A program made the translations under genes and the position numbers. A stretch of 44,744 nt of DNA, counting the filler, from Streblomastix strix (Eukaryota): assembly GCA_008636045.1 (NCBI GenBank). It is 2 parts of 2 records of this genome, joined end to end, with 100 filler letters (N's around TTAATTAATTAA, not from the genome) between each part and the next. Parts side by side here need not be neighbours in the genome. Positions count along the whole stretch, not along the records: positions 22,435 to 44,744 come from SNRW01000326.1; 1 more part is not named here. The stretch is one strand, 5' to 3'. This document shows, one piece after another, positions 36,905 through 44,744 of the stretch (position 1 is its first letter; each line of letters opens with the position of its first letter). The notes below the pieces were generated by a model. It ran no database searches, had not been told where the DNA came from, and saw only the letters and a list, made by a program, of their open reading frames with translations.

Positions 36905-38635
36905 TCAAAGAAGAAATATTTTTCAAAAACTTTAGAAATCTTCAATATATAATTCATGAATATTTTATATACATATTTACAATAATATATTGGAATTTCT
37001 ATTATTTATAATTTCTCGAATGGTCTTAATGGTTTGCAACATACATTTCCATGAATATATTTTATAAACTCAGCCAATTCATTAAAGTTTCGATGTTACT
37101 TTATAAATACATGCGTGGTACGAGAATAATCAACATTGAACATAATTTTATTATCACGTTGAAAATTATATAATCCTACAATTTATTGTTTTCATCGTTA
37201 TTCAAGTTATTATTTATAATGTCTTTTTATGAATTTTTCTTCAAGATCTTCATTGCGATTCACATATTCAGGAATAAACTTGTTATCAAATGCTTTCTGA
37301 GTCGTATTATTATAAACTTCAACCATTTATTTCATCAAATAAGGATCAGCAAATGCTCTTTCATCTAATCCAAATGCATTTCTTATTGTTCTTATAACTG
37401 AATCATCTAATCGATTATTATTTGCAAAAGGTGCTGCAGGAGCACTAATAAAGAAAGAATTTATGATATTGTTATTCATATCTTTATAAAAATTCAATAA
37501 ATCTGCAGATATAAATCCTTTTTCTCCATCTCCTCTTAGCTAATTAGCATTTTAACTAGCAAAAAGTTTTTTAAGTTGTTTCAATATTTATTATGATGAT
37601 TTATTTACCATTGGATATACAACAAGATATTAAGTATTAGTATTAATACAGAATAATTAAATTTAACTAACATTTATTACAACAGGATTCACTGAGAATA
37701 CTATATCAATTTCCTATGAATCGTTATTTTAGGAAAATTAAAGTCGACCAAATTTTTTACATAACTATTTAACTTTATAATCAGGAAAATCGATTATATG
37801 GCCATTTTTTATCAAAACAAATAGTCCATAAATTTTTTTATATTTAAATTTAAAATAATTTTAGTAGTAAAAGTCACAAATTATATATGTCAAAACAGCC
37901 CGGATATAAAGTAATTTTTTTTTAAATTAATTTTTTTCGACTTTTCGACCAATTAAGCAACTTAAATTTGTTTACTATTTTTAAAATTGTGAATGTTAAT
38001 TATATTTAATTATATATAAATTTAATCAAATTTCATTCTCATAAAAAAAGTAAAAAATTTGAATTTTCAAATTTTTTTCATCAAAAAATATTTTATGTCC
38101 AGGCAGTTTTGACATATATATAATTTGTGACTTTTGCTACTAAAATTATTTTAAATTAAAATATAAAAATATTTATAGACTATTAGTTGTGATGAAAATT
38201 GCCCATATCATCTGTCCTAATGGTATGTTAATCAAATTAAATACCATGAATAACTTCAAATGGCTTAATTTTAGATTTTAATGGGAACTATATTGTTACT
38301 CTTAGATTTCTATATGAAGTATTAATTTCATTTCATTAATTTTTTCGAATTGCTCTTTAATTTATTTTTTCAAAGTAATATTCATTATACCATTAGCTTG
38401 CAGTTTTCTCAGCTATTAATATTGAATCATGTTCTCTTTAAAGATAATTTAATGCATTATCTCCGTCATCTTAGAATATTCTTCTTACAAATTCAACTTA
38501 ATCAACAGTTTGTTTCTATCTTACAAATATAGTAATTTCTAAAGATATTTGATCAAACATTTCAAATAAATATCTTTCAATTTTTGGATTATATTTTTCA
38601 TTCAATATATCAATTACAACCTAATCAGTATTCAT
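36905..38635 (-). pseudogene. Retroviral-like (rve) integrase, interrupted by a MITE
   Basis: SQEIDIVF (first D), LFCINTNTQYLVVYP, LRGDGEKGF (second D), NRLDDSVIRTIRNAF, YNNTTQKAF. The frame is continuous once 37800-38208 is removed. Confidence 0.82.
37800..38204. mobile_element. MITE with ~120-bp terminal inverted repeats and an ATAT target-site duplication
   Basis: 37800-37920 is the near reverse complement of ~38083-38204 (core tttaaaataattttagtag[t/c]aaaagtcacaaattatata). atat occurs at 37796-37799 and 38205-38208. Confidence 0.92.
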
Positions 38636-38734
38636 TGTTCGTTTTTCTTTTATAATTCTTGTTAATGACCTCCAACATTATGAACATTTTTCATTTTTCT
38701 TTTGATTCAATACAAAACTTAAATTAATACTTAG

Positions 38735-41700
38735 CTAGCGAATTAATAACTTCAGTGAGTTCATATCTTTAGTATCTGTTATATAATTATCTACGGCTAA
38801 TTGATAAATAAATGGACAACAACATACATTTTCTAAGCATATCATTTTGGTATGAGTTCCTGAAATACCATTCTTATATGTTTCAACACTACTCATTCGA
38901 CTTACTATTTCATTATTATTAGAATGTGTTATATGTTGTCTTAACGATTTATTTTTACCTTGAACCACAGTATTTTCTTTAAAATATTATAGATATGCTT
39001 CTTTATTAATTTATGGATTGAGTTTCAAATTCTATCCTTTTAGTTCAATTACTTCAGGTTCTTTCTTATCCAATGATTAATCTAACCAATAATTCTTAGG
39101 TGCTAATGCAATCATACTTGAATCACAATGCTCATATGCAACTCCAAACCATTTCTTCTCATAATAGATATCTTTATTAGGATCAGGGAAGAATTTATAG
39201 AAGTTTTTATCATAAAATTTTAAATCTTTAGCTATTGCTGAGAATCCCTATCGATAATCATAATTAGGATCTCCTGATACTGCATACATCATGCAATCAG
39301 TATCATAGTAAATTATATTAAAATGTTACTAATCTAGACATTTGCAAAGGAAATTGTAATAAATACTGATAAACCAATACTTAGAATAGCCAAAAAATAG
39401 CAAATGCAACTCATTTGCATATTTTGCGGCTAAATTTTTCTTTTTCTTATTCCACAACGGAGTTATTATCTCTTAACTTACGATCAGCTTTAAACTTACC
39501 TTATAAATGAGCTCTAAACGTTTCATCTCAATCATATATCTTGACATCCGTAAAATTTTCTTAATTCATTCCATCATAACCATAATATGAGTTCATAATT
39601 GTTTTACTATATTAATCCAATCCAGCATTCTTAAATAATTTTGCAATGACTCTTTATTTTCTGAAATATTTCACAAATGCAGCAAATCCACGATGTTTTG
39701 AGAATATTTTAATATTTTTTGTATCGTCAATTATGAAATGATAATCATCAGTATAAAACTATAAATAATATGAGTAGAAATCCTTATATTCACCCATTGT
39801 TGATTATAATACAGTTAATTTGCATTCTTCAGAATCTTTTAGTAAATTATTTTTTAATTAATGCTCGTACATCAGTTTACAAATCACAGATTCCAAGCAT
39901 TTATATTTGTATTTCATAATTATTTGAGGACAATTAATTAAATCGTTAAGAAATTCTTCATCTTTATGTCCTTTGACAAAGGCTATGAATATTGTAAATT
40001 TATCATTATCAGATTTCTATAAAGAGAATTTTAATGGATTATTAAAAATATTTAATCCTAATTCCTTTTATTTTTAGGTCTCACAATTTATTCTAAGTAA
40101 TTTATACCCAGGCATATATATCTAATGACCTGTATATCTAATAAACTCATGTTAAAGTTCATTATAGACAGATAGATTTAAAGAATTAAAATCAAATCCT
40201 GTAATATAAATCATTACATAATTTAAATCATAACTGATATCTTTAGTACCAACTCTGTTGGCGGTGACATAATCACTACTCATTACATTCGCGCTCTAAA
40301 GAGTATCTTCTAATTTCAATTTATATATATAAGTAATTCCTGAAATGTTATATCTATGAAATGTAATAGCTAATCCACCTGTAATTCCATTTCGTAATTC
40401 ATGATATGTATCTTCATCTGTTAATGGCATTGATAATTATTTGGCAAAATAATATATTTTAAGTTATATCTTTAATCGATTTATTTTATTATCCCTATTA
40501 GCTCTGGCAATATTACAATATAAGCATGTTAACCTCACGTTATCTTTCGAATTACTAAGTTTATTAATAATTCTATCAAGTGTTGGAAGATTAATTTTAG
40601 TAAATCTTGCTTAATTGAACCAACAAGATCTTTTTTCAAATAATTATTTGAAGTACTTATAATCAGATTAATTCACGTTATTTTAAACATTTCTTTCTGC
40701 TTTTATATCTAATTTTTTTATAATTTTCTACTTTAATTCCCAAATAATATTCAGTCAAATTGAAAGGTGAATGTATATAGGAGAAGTATTCGTTTTATTT
40801 CATAACGAATATTTGAATCAAAATGACCATATGCAATTTTATATTTGATTACATTTGCGCAACTTGCCATTGATACATAGTTACAAATTTCTATTTCATT
40901 ATAGAAATTCATTTTTTTAAGTTTATCTATAGATTTTATCATAATTTTAGTATCTTATTCAGTATAGAACTGAAAATACTCCCATCATGTTTTAAAATTC
41001 TTGTTATCTTCGAGATAAACTTAATAATCTTTATCAGATAATGTTTCTTCTTTGAGTAAGTTTAAGAAATCAGTTTATACAAATGGTTCAGATTTTAAAA
41101 GTATTTTATTATAATTATCATAGTTAAATGCAATGTTGGAAAATATTCCTTTCATATCCTATTTCGGTCCTTCATTGAAAGAATTTACAGCTTCATTTAA
41201 TGACTTCTTAATCATGAATATACCAATATCTAGGATTTATATTTTAACATTAATTATTTTATGCCTTACTTCTTCTCGCTTGATATGAGAGAAATCATCA
41301 AGATATCCTCCTTAAACTATATGCCAATCTTTATTTGTAAGAAATGGTAAAATTAAAATCATTTCAAAATGAGTAGAGTTGAAACCAACAACTGGAACTG
41401 GAATTTCATATGGAATATTTGGATCAACATCCGTATTATCTTATTTAGTTTCTTCAGCTGCATTAAATACTTCATCTAACCATTATTCAATAAAATTTCC
41501 TTAACGTAAGTCATAATAGATTGTTCAAATTCCTGATTTAGATTTAATTGTTGGAGTCACTGATAATGGTTCAAGAATTGAGTTTTACAATGAATTACCT
41601 ACTTATTAACTTGCTTCGTTCTTTTCATCCTTCTTTTTACCAAAGTATTTATTAATATTTCGCACAACAGTCTCAAAATCATATGAGATATAAAATTGGA

Positions 41701-43290
41701 TTGGTTTAAATTTATCGATCATTTCATTAGCTAATAGATACATATAAGTTTAATTTCCATAAATATGTGGTGAAAATGGAATTTAAGATGATGATAGAAG
41801 AACTTATTTACCTTTATTTAACTTACATTTTTAAACAAGTTTTTCGAAATCTTAAGTTGAATTATAGTTTTTATCTTATATTTAACACCATGTAGCTTGC
41901 ATATGGAACCATATTTATATCAAATTAAAGCTTTTGGATCAGAAACAAATAAAATATAATCTTAATTTTTAAATTAAAGAAGTAAAAAATTGAAATGTTG
42001 TGTATCTTATACTTCAACTTATTAGTCCGATTCTTGCAATATCTATTGAGCTTTTATAATATGATCTAGGTAGAAAATATTACAATCATCACTTTCCTTA
42101 TGGGCATATATACATATATTTTTATTCAATCTTTAAACAATTTTCTTACCTTCAGCAGCTAAATCAAATCCTTTATAATCATGGATGAATTCTTGAACAT
42201 CTCTACATTTAGCAGATTTACCAGATAAAGAATAATGCTAAATCATCAATTAAATTCCTTCAACAACTCTATCTCTAGATCTATAACGATTTACTTTAGA
42301 TTCAGGCATAGATAGATATGATAAAGCTTCAAAGAAAGAATTATTTGGATGTGGAGATTCAATATAATGAACTTCTCGTCGTTTAATAAATTTCTATAAC
42401 TCAGGAATTGTTTTACTTGCAAATGGAATACGTTATGCTATAGCAATCATTGAGAATTTAACAATGAAGTGATGCTTGGTAGATTCTTCAGTTTGTTCCT
42501 AATAATTAATAATAACTGTGATAATACATTTATCATATATATCAATATCATCTTAGCTTGTTATTAATGATTTAATATTCAACGGAGTTAAATTTTTCCT
42601 AGGAAATTTATAGTTACATTCAAGTATTTATTCACATTCTGAAGTTACATCTTAATACTCTTCTATATGACCGAAATCAACAGCAATTTTAAATGGTTCT
42701 GTTTTTATTATTTGTATACGTATTTAATGAATTTGTAAATAACATCTAATGAAATAATTTATTTATTTATATGAATATGTGTAGGTTTATGTTCATTTTA
42801 ATCAAATTTTTCTTCAATTTCTCTTAATTTGCCTGGATGTTCTCTTCTTGCAGCTCGTACACATTTTATAAACAGTTTCAAATCAACAGGCTCAGTTAAT
42901 AAAAGAGATTGATCTTATTCTTCAATTAATCATTCAATTTAAATTAACCTAAGTTCCTTATTATTGAAATGATATATTTCAGCTATTATTTCTTCATCAG
43001 CCATCTTGAAAGTTTGTAGTTATTCTTCAGGAATATCATTAAATTCTTAAAGAATCTATTTGTATATTTAATCAAGTTATTCTTTTAATACTTTAATTTC
43101 TAATTCATTTTGAAGATTATCTACTCTATCATGGATATCTGATATTGTCTCAGATGATAGAAGTTAAAAAAATTGAGTAATCTGGTTCGTATTATTAATC
43201 TGGAAGTGAATAATCTAAAACCCTCTAACTCTTGCTTCAGAAGCAGGCTTAGAATCATCGTAATTCAGTGCTTATAATTAGAAGTATTTA
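38735..43290 (-). pseudogene. Protein-primed family B DNA polymerase (pPolB) with a long N-terminal extension
   Basis: Exo I YISYDFETV (~41675), Exo II VVGFNSTHFE (~41380), Exo III FYTEQDTKIM (~40955), ITGGL (~40380), motif A TGFDFNSL (~40190), motif B KTIMNSYYGYDGMN (~39590), motif C YYDTDCM (~39300). Several TGAs and frameshifts. Confidence 0.92.
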
Positions 43291-44744
43291 TTGAACTAAA
43301 ATTTAAAATTAAAATAAATTTATATTAAATATATTTATTTATAAAATATTTAATTATTAATTAAACTCAAAATTTTTAAAAATCAATCATCAAATAATAG
43401 TTTTATTAATAATAATAATAATAAAAGTATATAATAATTATAATAAATTTATTTAATATCTATAAATTTATATTTAAAAATAACTGTATATTTATTAATA
43501 GAATTAATCATTTTTAAATTACATTATTTAAAATTAATTCTTATTATATTAATTAGTAAAATTTTAAAATTTTCTAAAATTAACATAAACAGTTAAATTT
43601 TGATAATTTATTTAATAAACGAAATGAAAATTGTTTAATTAAAATAGTAAAGAAAAACTATTATAAAATTGAATGAATATACAACGTAAGTGATGAGAAA
43701 CAGCATTGCATGAAAATTTAAAAATCAAAAAATTTTTAAATAGGAAATCTATTTACTTATTTTTATAAAAATTTAATAAATTATTGAATTTAATTTCTCA
43801 TTTTATACCTATATTTTAGTTTTTATTTCCGAGTACAAAAAAAAATTTTATTTAACAAAATTTCTGATTTCTCCTCGAAAGACCCGAAGCTGCACATGGG
43901 ACACTTTTCAGGGAATATTGAGATATATTTGTCTTAAAATACAGTAATTATATCAAACACTATTATATTTAATGAGAATTACCCATATATTAGACGCGTC
44001 AGTTAAATTCCTACATATTTGAATTTTTTGCATCTTTTGATCAATATAAATTTAAGCTTAAATCCTTAAATGTTGTTTTATCATTTCCATAATTGAGTAG
44101 TTAACATAGAGATTTTACTCCATTACCTTGTTTCGCCGTTATTTACATTAATAAAATTTAAATAAATTTTAAATATTAGTTTTAATTTATAATTTAATAT
44201 ATTCATTCAATTTAATAGAAATTAAATATAATTAAAAATAATAAGAATAAATAGCTTTAATTAAATTAAAATTTGTATGTTTTATTAATATAATTAAATA
44301 TATTTCTAATAGTCTAATGTATTTATTTCACATAAACTAATTGATGTTTTTAAGAGGATTATGAAATCTAATTAATTTAGTAAAAGTTTGATTAATATTA
44401 AATAATATGAGAAAGCTAATTTTAAAATAATTAAAAAAAAGAAATAAATTAAAAAATTAAATAATAGAATTTTTTAATTCTAATTATTTACTAAATATTT
44501 TATGTTAAAAATAAATTATATGTTTATATATAGTTATAAAATAAATTATCAAAATTTAACTGTTTATGTTAATTTTAGAAAATTTTAAAATTTTACTAAT
44601 TAATATAATAAGAATTAATTTTAAATAATGCAATTTAAAATTGATTAATTCTATTAAAAATTATACGGTTATTTTTAAATATAAATTTATAGATATTAAA
44701 TAAATTTATTATAATTATTAAATACTTTTATTATTATTATTATT

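Larger units (their letters stand above)
26140..43290. mobile_element. Degenerate endogenous Polinton/Maverick-like dsDNA virus (termini not identified)
   Basis: A compact, intronless cluster of pPolB, rve integrase, A32-like ATPase, putative MCP and fiber. All are read with TAR=Q and carry scattered TGAs and frameshifts. Confidence 0.88.

Noticed and set aside
28740..41530. TGA=Trp throughout the viral genes
   Set aside because: The TGAs sit in contexts that look like Arg or Gly positions (FKT*WEY, MA*YK, NN*TH) and co-occur with frameshifts, which fits neutral decay.
25900..43980. Terminal inverted repeats of the Polinton-like element (agtagt at 25911; atatctcaata near 25933 vs its reverse complement near 43916)
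   Set aside because: Only an ~11-bp match in very AT-rich DNA, with no extended TIR or TSD.

Overview
AT-rich eukaryotic (protist) DNA that uses a non-standard nuclear code. TAA/TAG read as Gln and TGA is the stop, so the supplied standard-code ORF track fragments nearly every gene. The code and gene style suggest a metamonad such as the oxymonad Streblomastix (inference only). A 100-nt N/TTAATTAATTAA linker at 22335-22434 splits the window into two halves that may not be adjacent. The left half holds three DIRS1-type tyrosine-recombinase retrotransposons (gag, RT-RNaseH-Dam-like methylase, YR, ITR/ICR). One of these is full-length and sits inside the 3' terminus of another, joined through a shared GTA core. 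The left half also holds a 10-exon host Ser/Thr kinase fused to helical repeats and a C-terminal MLLE-like domain, with two in-frame TGAs. The right half holds a degenerate ~17 kb endogenous Polinton/Maverick-like DNA virus written in the host code. It has pPolB, rve integrase, an A32-like packaging ATPase, a putative major capsid protein, a phage-like fiber and an amphipathic small protein, with no recognisable protease, and two MITEs interrupt it. A tRNA-like Pol III unit next to a GATC cluster lies about 0.8 kb from the ATPase end. All translations were done by eye, and boundaries of degenerate genes are approximate.
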